From Nannocystaceae bacterium ST9 (GTDB lineage: Bacteria > Myxococcota_A > Polyangia > Nannocystales > Nannocystaceae): a stretch of 64,000 bases of DNA. The position numbers and the translations under genes are program-made. The DNA lies in NCBI GenBank assembly GCA_048320885.1, contig JBLWFJ010000001.1, forward strand, positions 1,285,642-1,349,641. The letters are read 5' to 3'. The notes under the pieces are model-generated. The model was not told the DNA's origin and did not search any database. It saw nothing but the letters and a program-made list of their open reading frames with translations. Numbering within the stretch: position 1 is the stretch's first letter; every line of letters starts with the position of its first letter. This document shows positions 56,321-64,000 of the stretch, piece after piece.

Positions 56321-56935
56321 GTGCTCACCCGACGTCAATGGCTCACCTTCGTGCCGCTCGCGGGTCTGACCGGGCTGGCCTGCCCGAGTCGAGCGCTCGC
56401 CAGCAGCACGCTCGTCACGACCCCGAACAACGCGATCGGTGCCATCGTCGCGGCGATCGGCCTCGACCTGCTCGACATCCAGATCGATCCCAACCTCGCC
56501 GACGATCAGATCACGATCGCCGGTGGCGTTCCCGTGGTGATCAGCCAGCGGATCCTTCGCAAGGGCGAGGGCACGGCGAGCAGCCGCTTCCTCGACGACG
56601 CCCGCAACGCGACCAAGATCGGCGGCAACATCAAGACCGCGCTGAGCGACGCGCTGCCGGATCTCGCCGCCGACTTCGACCTCAACCACCACGCCTGGGC
56701 CAAGCCCTTCGCCAGCCATGCGGTCGCGTGGACCAAGCAGCTGGCCAAGCTCGGGCTCGGCAAGGTTCGCGACGATCATGGTCGCGTGTACCTGCTCGAG
56801 TGGGCCGGCGCGACGATCGATCCCGAAGCCAAGCCCAGCCCGGCCGGCCTCGCCCGCGCGCCCGAACAGCCCAGCAGCCCCACGCTCGCCGCCTACCAGG
56901 ACTACATCGGCGATCTGATCGCCGCGCTGTCCTAG
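56321..56935 (+). CDS. Tat-signal secreted hypothetical protein
   Basis: GTG start with GAGG 6 nt upstream; twin-arginine motif LTRRQWLTFVPLAGLTGLA. Confidence 0.55.
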   Translation: MLTRRQWLTFVPLAGLTGLACPSRALASSTLVTTPNNAIGAIVAAIGLDLLDIQIDPNLADDQITIAGGVPVVISQRILRKGEGTASSRFLDDARNATKIGGNIKTALSDALPDLAADFDLNHHAWAKPFASHAVAWTKQLAKLGLGKVRDDHGRVYLLEWAGATIDPEAKPSPAGLARAPEQPSSPTLAAYQDYIGDLIAALS

Positions 56936-57016
56936 CTGGGCGGAACGTGAAAGAGTCGCGGCGTGCGAGAGCACGACGATTCGAGTCGGCCCGCTGCCGA
57001 GCCCCCACGCCGGGGC

Positions 57017-58339
57017 ATGCAGCTCTACACCAAGATCCTGATCGGCCTCGTGCTCGGCAGCCTCGGCGCCGTGCTGGCCAAGTCGACGCTGATCGGACCG
57101 GTGTTCGCGGATCACGACGCGCTGGTCGAGTTCGGCACGCGCTGGGTCCAGCCGATCGGCGACCTGTTCATCCGCGCGATCGTGCTGACCGTCGTGCCGC
57201 TGGTGTTCGCGTCGATCGCCGCGGGCGTGTACTCGCTCGGAGACATCCGCACGCTCGGTCGGCTCGGCGGGCGAACGATCGTCGTGTTCCTCTCGACCTC
57301 GCTGGCCGCCGCGCTGATCGGCACCGGCTTTTACCTGCTCTTTCAGCCCGGCGGCGGGATCTCGGCCGAGACCCGCGACCTGCTCGCCAAGCAATTCGAA
57401 GCGTCCGCGAACAAGTCGGCCGGGCAGGCGACCGAGGCCGCCGAGCGCTTCTCGGGCTCGGCCCTGCAGATCCTCGTCGACCTGGTCCCGACCAACATCG
57501 TGCTGGCCGCGGGCAGCAACCGCGACCTGCTGCAGATCATCTTGTTCGCGGTGATGCTCGGCGTCGCGCTCACGCTGATCCCCGCCGAGCGGGCCCGGCC
57601 GGTCGCCGCGCTGCTCGAGGGCATCAACGACGCGATGACCAAGATCATCGAGATCCTGATGCTGATGGCGCCCTATGGCGTGTTCGCGCTGGTGTTCATG
57701 GTCGTGACCAAGTTTGGGACCGACGTGCTGCTGGCGCTGGCGATCTACACGGTCGTCGTGCTCGCGGCGCTGCTGGCTCAGGTCGTGTTCGTCTACATGC
57801 CGCTGCTGCGCGTGGTCGCGCGGCGCAACCCGATCGAGTTCATTCGCCGCAGCCGCGAGATCTGGATCACCGCGTTCTCGACCTCGTCCTCGTCCGCGAC
57901 CCTGCCGACCACCTTGCGCCTGACCGAAGAGCAGCTCGGCGTGCCGCGCTCGATCTGTGCGTTCGTGCTGCCGCTCGGCGCGACCATCAACATGGCCGGC
58001 ACGACCATCTACCAGGTGATCGGCGTGCACTTCGTCGCGCAGGTCTGGGGCGTCGAGCTCGGCACCACGGCCATGATCACGCTGATCGTGATCTCGATCA
58101 TGATGGCGATCGGAGCCGCGGGTGTGCCCGGCGGCGTCATCCCGCTGCTCTACGTGACGATGGCGGCGGTCGGCCTGCCCGAAGCCATGATTCCGCTCGG
58201 CATCGCCTTGCTCTTGGGCATGGATCGTCCGCTCGACATGTGTCGCAGCGCGATCAACGTCATCGGCGACTCGGTGACCGCCGTCGTGGTCGCGAGCCTG
58301 GAGCCCGCCCAGCCTGCCGAGGCCGACCCGAGCACGTGA
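57017..58339 (+). CDS. dicarboxylate/amino acid:cation symporter (DAACS, GltP/DctA family)
   Basis: MQLYTKILIGLVLG...; multiple TM helices; conserved DAACS C-terminal motifs (NMAGTTIYQ, DRPLDMCRSAINVIGD). Confidence 0.8.
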   Translation: MQLYTKILIGLVLGSLGAVLAKSTLIGPVFADHDALVEFGTRWVQPIGDLFIRAIVLTVVPLVFASIAAGVYSLGDIRTLGRLGGRTIVVFLSTSLAAALIGTGFYLLFQPGGGISAETRDLLAKQFEASANKSAGQATEAAERFSGSALQILVDLVPTNIVLAAGSNRDLLQIILFAVMLGVALTLIPAERARPVAALLEGINDAMTKIIEILMLMAPYGVFALVFMVVTKFGTDVLLALAIYTVVVLAALLAQVVFVYMPLLRVVARRNPIEFIRRSREIWITAFSTSSSSATLPTTLRLTEEQLGVPRSICAFVLPLGATINMAGTTIYQVIGVHFVAQVWGVELGTTAMITLIVISIMMAIGAAGVPGGVIPLLYVTMAAVGLPEAMIPLGIALLLGMDRPLDMCRSAINVIGDSVTAVVVASLEPAQPAEADPST

Positions 58340-58486
58340 GCAGCGCTCGCGCAGCCTGTCGAATTCGGGCTCGCAGACCCATGCGGACGGCATTCCTCGT
58401 GAGTCAACATACCTCTCGCTGGATGACAAGCATGGATCGCGTCGCCATACTTGCGACGCTTCTCGGCCCTCGAAGGCACCCAAGAC

Positions 58487-60340
58487 ATGGACAGTTTCCC
58501 CAAGGTCCACCGCGAGTCGCTCGAGTCCGTCGTCATCCGCTTCGCGGGCGACTCGGGTGACGGCATGCAGCTCACCGGCAGCCAGTTCACCAGCACCACC
58601 GCCATGATGGGCAACGACCTGGCGACCTTCCCGGACTTCCCGGCGGAGATCCGAGCGCCGGCCGGCACCACCTACGGGGTCTCGGGCTTCCAGATCCACT
58701 TCGCCTCGCACGACATCATGACCCCCGGCGACGCGCCGGACGTGCTGGTCGCGATGAACCCGGCGGCGCTCAAGACCAACCTCGCCGATCTCAAGCAGGG
58801 CGGCCTGCTGATCGTCAACGAGGGCGCGTTCGTGAAGGCCAACCTGAGCAAGGCCGGCTACACGGTCAACCCGCTCGAGGACGCCTCGCTGGTCGGCTTC
58901 CGGCTGGTTCAGATCGACATCTCCAAGCTGACCTTGCAGTCGGTCGACAGCTTCGGGCTCGGCTCGAAGGACGCGCTGCGCTGCAAGAACATGTGGACGC
59001 TCGGCCTGGTCTTGTGGCTGTTCGGCCGCGACCTCGAGCCGACGGTGACCTGGCTGCGCCAGAAGTTCGCCAAGGAGCCCACGCTCGCCGAGGCCAACAT
59101 CGCCGCGCTCAAGGCCGGCCACGCCTACGGCGAGACCGCCGAGCTGCCCAGCGGCATCGGCCCCTACGAGGTGCCCAAGGCCAAGCTGCCGCCGGGTCTC
59201 TATCGCAACGTGACCGGCAACGAGGCGCTCGCGTGGGGCCTGGCCGCGGCCGGCAAGCTCGCGGGCATCGAGGTCATGCTCGGCTCCTACCCGATCACTC
59301 CGGCCTCGACGATCCTGCACACGCTCTCGAAGCTCAAGAACTACGGCGTGGTCACCTTCCAGGCCGAGGACGAGATCGCGGCCGTGTGCGCGGCGATCGG
59401 CGCGAGCTGGGGCGGGGCGATCGGCGTGACGACCACCTCGGGCCCCGGGCTCGCGCTCAAGGGCGAGGGCATCGGCCTGGCGATCATGCTCGAGCTACCG
59501 CTGGTCATCGTCGACATCCAGCGCGGCGGTCCCTCGACCGGCCTGCCGACCAAGACCGAGCAGTCCGATCTCCTGCAGGCGGTCGTCGGTCGCAACGGCG
59601 ACTCGCCGCTGGCGGTCATCGCCGCCGCGACCCCGGGCGAGTGCTTCACCGCCGCGATCGAGGCCGTGCGGCTCGCGATCAAGTTCATGACCCCGGTCAT
59701 GCTGCTGACCGACGGCTACCTGGCCAACGGCTCCGAGCCCTGGCTGATCCCCAAGGTCGCCGACATGCCGAAGATCGAGGTCAAGTTCCAGACCGATCGC
59801 CCGGCCGGCTACCACCCCTACCTGCGCAACCCCGACACGCTCGCGCGGCCCTGGGCGCTGCCCGGCACGCCCGGCCTCGAGCATCGGATCGGCGGACTCG
59901 AGAAGAACTTCGAGTCGGGCAACATCTCGTACGACCCCGACAACCACCACAAGATGACCAAGACCCGCGCGGCCAAGATCGCCGGGATCGCCGACCACCT
60001 GCCCGAGCAGCAGGTCGAGGTCGGCGACGACACCGGCGACCTGCTGGTCGTCGGCTGGGGCTCGACCTACGGGGCGATCACCGCGGCCGTCCGCAAGGCT
60101 CGCGAGGCCGGCAAGAGCGTCTCGCAGGTCCACGTCCGCCAGCTCAGCCCCTTCCCGCGTCGGCTCGGCGAGCTGCTGCGCTCGTTCAAGCGGGTGATCG
60201 TGCCCGAGATGAACAACGGCATGTTGGTCAAGCTGTTGCGCGCCGAGTACCTGGTCGACGCGATCGGCATCAACAAGATCTCCGGCCAGCCCTTCAAGGT
60301 CGTCGAGATCGAGCAAGCGATCGCCGAACACCTTTCCTGA
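58487..60340 (+). CDS. korA: 2-oxoacid:ferredoxin oxidoreductase subunit alpha (KorA type)
   Basis: RFAGDSGDGMQLTGSQF N-terminus; typical alpha-subunit domains. Confidence 0.85.
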   Translation: MDSFPKVHRESLESVVIRFAGDSGDGMQLTGSQFTSTTAMMGNDLATFPDFPAEIRAPAGTTYGVSGFQIHFASHDIMTPGDAPDVLVAMNPAALKTNLADLKQGGLLIVNEGAFVKANLSKAGYTVNPLEDASLVGFRLVQIDISKLTLQSVDSFGLGSKDALRCKNMWTLGLVLWLFGRDLEPTVTWLRQKFAKEPTLAEANIAALKAGHAYGETAELPSGIGPYEVPKAKLPPGLYRNVTGNEALAWGLAAAGKLAGIEVMLGSYPITPASTILHTLSKLKNYGVVTFQAEDEIAAVCAAIGASWGGAIGVTTTSGPGLALKGEGIGLAIMLELPLVIVDIQRGGPSTGLPTKTEQSDLLQAVVGRNGDSPLAVIAAATPGECFTAAIEAVRLAIKFMTPVMLLTDGYLANGSEPWLIPKVADMPKIEVKFQTDRPAGYHPYLRNPDTLARPWALPGTPGLEHRIGGLEKNFESGNISYDPDNHHKMTKTRAAKIAGIADHLPEQQVEVGDDTGDLLVVGWGSTYGAITAAVRKAREAGKSVSQVHVRQLSPFPRRLGELLRSFKRVIVPEMNNGMLVKLLRAEYLVDAIGINKISGQPFKVVEIEQAIAEHLS

Positions 60341-60361
60341 GCCCTCGAGAAAGCCGATCTC

Positions 60362-61381
60362 ATGAGCCCCTCCGAACCAATCAAGAAGCTGACTCGCAAG
60401 GACTTCACCTCGGACCAAGACGTCCGCTGGTGTCCCGGCTGTGGCGACTACGCGATCCTCGCGACCATGCAGCGCACGCTGCCGGAGCTCGGCGCGGATC
60501 CGGCCAAGACCGTGTTCGTCTCGGGCATCGGCTGCTCCAGCCGCTTCCCCTACTACATGAACACCTACGGGTTCCACAGCATCCACGGTCGCGCGCCCGC
60601 GTTCGCGACCGGGCTCAAGCTGACCAACCCGGAGCTCGACGTCTGGGTGGTGACCGGCGACGGCGACGGCCTGAGCATCGGCGGCAACCACCTGATGCAC
60701 CTGCTGCGCCGCAACGTCGACCTGCAGATCCTGCTGTTCAACAACCGGATCTACGGGCTGACCAAGGGCCAGTACTCGCCGACCTCGCTGGTCGGCCTGC
60801 GCTCGCCCTCGACGCCGTTCGGCTCGGTCGATCTGCCGATCGTGCCGGCCTCGCTGGCGCTCGGCGCCGGCGCCCGCTTCGTCGCGCGCTCGGTCGACAC
60901 GCTGGCCAGTCACCTCGGCGAGACCTTCGTGGCCGCCCGCGCCCACCGAGGGACCAGCTTCGTCGAGATCCTGCAGAACTGCCCTGTGTTCAACGACGGC
61001 GCCTGGGACCACGTCAAGACCAAGTCGAAGGCCAGCGACTCGATGCTGATGCTCGAGCACGGCAAGCCGATGCTCTTCGGCGAGAACAAGGGCCTGCGCC
61101 TGGTCCCCGGCAAGCTCGAGCTCGAGGTCGTCACCCTCGGCGAGAACGGGATCGGCGAAGCCGACATCGTCCTGCACGACGAAGGCAACCGCTCGATGGC
61201 GTTCCTGCTCGCGGGCCTCGAGCCGCCGAGCTTCCCGATCTGTCTGGGCGTGCTCTATCGCGAGGCGGGGCCGACCTACGAGGCGTCGGTTCGCGCGCAG
61301 GTCGAGTACGCGATCAAGAAGCAAGGCGTCGGGGACATCGACGCGCTGCTCTGCGACGGCCACACCTGGACCGTCGAGTAA
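60362..61381 (+). CDS. korB: 2-oxoacid:ferredoxin oxidoreductase subunit beta (TPP-binding)
   Basis: WCPGCGDYAI Cys motif and TPP-binding GDGDGLSIGGNH. Confidence 0.85.
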   Translation: MSPSEPIKKLTRKDFTSDQDVRWCPGCGDYAILATMQRTLPELGADPAKTVFVSGIGCSSRFPYYMNTYGFHSIHGRAPAFATGLKLTNPELDVWVVTGDGDGLSIGGNHLMHLLRRNVDLQILLFNNRIYGLTKGQYSPTSLVGLRSPSTPFGSVDLPIVPASLALGAGARFVARSVDTLASHLGETFVAARAHRGTSFVEILQNCPVFNDGAWDHVKTKSKASDSMLMLEHGKPMLFGENKGLRLVPGKLELEVVTLGENGIGEADIVLHDEGNRSMAFLLAGLEPPSFPICLGVLYREAGPTYEASVRAQVEYAIKKQGVGDIDALLCDGHTWTVE

Positions 61382-61409
61382 GCGCGATCACGAGCACGAA
61401 GCGCTTGCG

Positions 61410-61810
61410 AGGAGGGCGGCGGAACGCCCTCCAACGACCAGCGAGCGTCAGCAAAGAGGCGCCCGCAACCGACCGCGAACCGGAGTGAGCGGCCCGAGAG
61501 GGCAGTGAGGTGGGGGTCCCGTGACGGCTCCGCCGGCACGGGGGAGGGCGGCGGAACGCCCTCCCACGACCCTCCGCAACCGACCGCGAACCGGAGTGAG
61601 CGGCCCGAGAGGGCAGTGAGGTGGGGGTCCCGTGACGGCGAAGCCGGCACGGGGGAGGGCGGCGGAACGCCCTCCAAAGACCAGCGAGCGTCAGCAAAGA
61701 GGCGCCCGCAACCGACCGCGAACCGGAGTGAGCGGCCCGAGAGGGCAGTGAGGAGGGGGTCCCGTGACGGCTCCGCCGGCACGGGGGAGGGCGGCGGAAC
61801 GCCCTCCCTC
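61410..61810. repeat. tandem repeat of a roughly 115-130 bp unit (3 full copies plus a partial), each with two conserved hairpins
   Basis: Unit: ggagggcg-gcggaa-cgccctcc hairpin, spacer, caaccgaccgcgaaccggagtgagcggcccgagagggcagtgagg, then cccgtgacgg...ccggcacggg hairpin; copy 2 lacks a 33 bp insert; sits between korB and 61872..62681. Confidence 0.8.
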
Positions 61811-61871
61811 CAGACAGAATGATCCCCGCAGCGCCCCGTCGAACCCGACGGACACCAGGAGCCATCTAACA

Positions 61872-62681
61872 ATGAGCCTGTTTCAGACCCTCCATCTCCG
61901 GACCTCTCTCTTGCTCGGCTCGCTGCTCGGGCTCAGCTACGGATGTCTGATCTCCGTGGGTCCGCCCGCCGAGCCCTGTGACTCGGGCGTGCACAACCAG
62001 CTCGACGATCAAGGCGAGTGCATCTGCGACATCGGCTACGACTGGTGCAACCCCAACGATCCCAACGACCTCGACTGCTGCGACAACAACGTCGGCGAGG
62101 ACGAGGTCGGCACGAGCAACGGCAACACGACGAACACGTCGAACGACACGTCGAACGACACGACCGCGACCGACACCGGTGATGGCGACGGCGACACGAC
62201 CGCGACCGACACCGGTGATGGCGACGGCGACACCGGCACCTTCCCGCCCGACACCTGCCTGCCCGAAGAAGAGGGCTTCTACTGGTGCACGCACTCGGAG
62301 GCGATGGGCCCCGAAGGCAGCCAGCTCTTCGTCTGCACCGGCGGCGCGTGGGTCGAGAACGCCGGCGTGATGGACGAGAGCTGCGGCTTCGACGGCTACG
62401 ACTTCGCCTACGGCTGCGTCGACAACGGCACCGAGGTGATCTTCGAGTGTGGCGTCGGCTCCGGTGACGCCTGCGACGAGACCTCGCCTGCGTTCTGCGT
62501 CGACGACGACCAGATCGGCTACTGCTACCAGGGCAAGGAGACCTGGGACTCGTGCATGACCTTCTGTCAGGAGGTCGGCATCGACGGGGTCACCTACGAG
62601 TACGGCGAGTGCGACGACTCGGTGCCCGACGACGTGGCCTGCTTCTGCTGCGACTCGGGCGACCAGGGCTGCCCGATCTGA
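61872..62681 (+). CDS. Cys-rich secreted lipoprotein with internal TATDTGDGDGDT repeat
   Basis: Signal peptide with Cys (LLGLSYGC); 20 or more Cys; tandem paralogue of 62743..63408. Confidence 0.6.
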   Translation: MSLFQTLHLRTSLLLGSLLGLSYGCLISVGPPAEPCDSGVHNQLDDQGECICDIGYDWCNPNDPNDLDCCDNNVGEDEVGTSNGNTTNTSNDTSNDTTATDTGDGDGDTTATDTGDGDGDTGTFPPDTCLPEEEGFYWCTHSEAMGPEGSQLFVCTGGAWVENAGVMDESCGFDGYDFAYGCVDNGTEVIFECGVGSGDACDETSPAFCVDDDQIGYCYQGKETWDSCMTFCQEVGIDGVTYEYGECDDSVPDDVACFCCDSGDQGCPI

Positions 62682-62742
62682 GCACCATCCCAGCCTGATC
62701 CGAAGGCGGACACGACGAGAGTCGTGCCCGCCTTCTCGCGTT

Positions 62743-63408
62743 GTGGCACGCTATCGGCGAGTGAAGAGGCTCCCCTCGCTCGCGCTCGCGCTCTGCCTGC
62801 TCGCCTGTCCGAACGAGGGCGAGCAGAGCGACGCCGAGGTCGGGGGCGATCGCAGCGGCTGCGGCGATCCGGGCAGCCACAGCGCGCTGCTCGACGATCA
62901 CTCGTGCGTGTGCGAGCCCGGCTACGCGTGGTGCTCGGAGGCGATCGACGACTTCGACTGCTGCCCGAGCGCCGACGAGACCGAGACCGGCGAACCACCC
63001 GACGCGCCCTGCGGCCAAGATCAGCTCGAGCAGATCGCCTGCATCGACGACCCCGAGCAGCCCGGGCCCGGCCGCGAGACTTGGGCGTGCAACGGCGAGG
63101 CCTGGGTCTCGGTGCCCAACCTGGTCGAGTTCGAATGCATTTCGATCGGCTACCACTTCGGCTACGGCTGCCTGGCGGCGATCGGTTCGCCGACCTACGT
63201 GTGTGGCTACGGGCCCGGCAGCCCCTGCGCGGCCGACCAGGCCTCGGTCTGCGTCGACGAGTCGATCATCGACACCTGCGTGTGGGGCCGACGGACGATC
63301 GACTACTGCCGGCGACTCTGCGTCGATCTCCAGCTCTGGGGCCCGGGCTTCACCACCGGCGAGTGCGTCGAGCCCAGCGAGGGCGCGGCGATGTGCGTGT
63401 GCGGGTGA
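62743..63408 (+). CDS. Cys-rich lipoprotein, paralogue of 61872..62681
   Basis: Lipobox LALCLLAC; shared Cys framework (C.CEPGYAWC vs CICDIGYDWC; ACNGEAWV vs CTGGAWV; GYGC). Confidence 0.6.
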   Translation: MARYRRVKRLPSLALALCLLACPNEGEQSDAEVGGDRSGCGDPGSHSALLDDHSCVCEPGYAWCSEAIDDFDCCPSADETETGEPPDAPCGQDQLEQIACIDDPEQPGPGRETWACNGEAWVSVPNLVEFECISIGYHFGYGCLAAIGSPTYVCGYGPGSPCAADQASVCVDESIIDTCVWGRRTIDYCRRLCVDLQLWGPGFTTGECVEPSEGAAMCVCG

Positions 63409-63423
63409 CGGGGATTGGATCGA

Positions 63424-63702
63424 TCAGCCGCGCCAGCGAACCAGGCGTGGCTTGGGATCGCGATGCAGCACCCGCGCGAGCTTGATCAGCTCGTCGAGCG
63501 CCCATGCGAGCGCTTCGTCGCCCGCGGCCTCGGGCCCCTGCACCCGCGCCTGGCCCTCGACCCAGTCGAGCTCGCCCGCCCAGCCGCGCCCGCCCGGCAG
63601 GTAGATCTGCACGCTGTAGCGCGGCGGCTCGCCGACGCGCTCGAACACGAAGCGCGCGCCGGTCTCGGGATGAAGGTCGCGACTCGACGAGAGTTGGTTC
63701 AT
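63424..63702 (-). CDS. hypothetical small protein (92 aa)
   Basis: MNQLSSSRDLHPETGARFVFERVGEPPRYSVQIYLPGGRGW...; its ATG overlaps the upstream stop (TGATG). Confidence 0.4.
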   Translation of the reverse strand: MNQLSSSRDLHPETGARFVFERVGEPPRYSVQIYLPGGRGWAGELDWVEGQARVQGPEAAGDEALAWALDELIKLARVLHRDPKPRLVRWRG

Positions 63703-64000
63703 CAGAAGCGCACCGTGAAGCCGCCGCCGCTCGGCGTCCGACCGATCGTGCCGAGCTCGGGCGTGAAGTCGTCGCGGCGGGTGCCGAGCACGACGCCGGT
63801 GGTCACGCCCGCGGCCACGACCGCGAGCCCACCGACGATCGCGACCCAGAACCACGCCTTCTTGTGGACCGGCTTTTTCTCGCGCTCGTCGTCCTCGTTC
63901 GAGTCGACCGGCGCGGCCTCGCGGTGATCCGAGATTCGGCGATCGACCTCGGCGATCCGCCGCTGGGCGTCGGCGCGCGAGTGGGCCTTGTCTTCGTCGC
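63702..64000 (-). CDS. C-terminal part of a membrane-anchored protein (gene starts beyond the window end)
   Basis: ...EDDEREKKPVHKKAWFWVAIVGGLAVVAAGVTTGVVLGTRRDDFTPELGTIGRTPSGGGFTVRF*; one TM segment. Confidence 0.4.
   Translation of the reverse strand, partial: DEDKAHSRADAQRRIAEVDRRISDHREAAPVDSNEDDEREKKPVHKKAWFWVAIVGGLAVVAAGVTTGVVLGTRRDDFTPELGTIGRTPSGGGFTVRF

Noticed and set aside
56219-59320. 1033 aa minus-strand ORF
   Set aside because: Antisense to three well-supported plus-strand genes (Tat protein, DAACS symporter, korA); His/Arg/Asp-rich nonsense translation.
59495-61363. 622 aa minus-strand ORF opposite korA/korB
   Set aside because: Sense strand encodes conserved KorA/KorB motifs.
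61276-61872. Minus-strand ORFs (198 aa and 183 aa) spanning the 120 bp tandem repeats
   Set aside because: Open frames created by tandem repetition of GC-rich units; repetitive Pro/Arg/Ser translations; interpreted as a non-coding repeat array.

Overview
This is a 64 kb, roughly 70% GC chromosomal segment that looks like Myxococcota. Support: several lipoproteins carrying the myxobacterial Cys-rich repeat (TIGR02232/DUF4215 type), FG-GAP lipoproteins, and strongly GC3-biased codon usage. The ORF track uses ATG, GTG and TTG starts; many long antisense ORFs are GC-bias artefacts and were discarded. Housekeeping genes: P450 fragment, Fe-ADH, argS, thrC, metK, plsC, M20 peptidase, MscS, DAACS symporter, korAB, SDR, AraC and MmyB-type regulators, bestrophin-like channel, and an AddAB-like helicase-nuclease pair. 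Accessory content: (1) a tightly coupled operon at 11144-17676 running DUF4215 lipoprotein, two paralogous small proteins, a micro-TM peptide, PilZ, REC-GAF-GGDEF, a STAS-like protein and a histidine kinase; (2) an island at 25.5-30.3 kb where a frameshifted FabZ-like gene has its 3' end duplicated as about 112 bp direct repeats bracketing a lower-GC two-component pair whose response regulator output is an Mrr-like PD-(D/E)xK nuclease domain, next to a DUF222-HNH endonuclease and an HNH remnant; (3) an Rpn/YhgA-like nuclease with expanded 12 bp coding repeats and a duplicated 3' fragment; (4) tandem paralogous Cys-rich lipoproteins; and several intergenic repeats, including a roughly 120 bp x3 hairpin repeat after korB and a duplicated palindromic terminator-like element. 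No rRNA, tRNA or CRISPR array was recognised. Coordinates follow the ORF track where possible; manually placed starts may be off by a few nucleotides.
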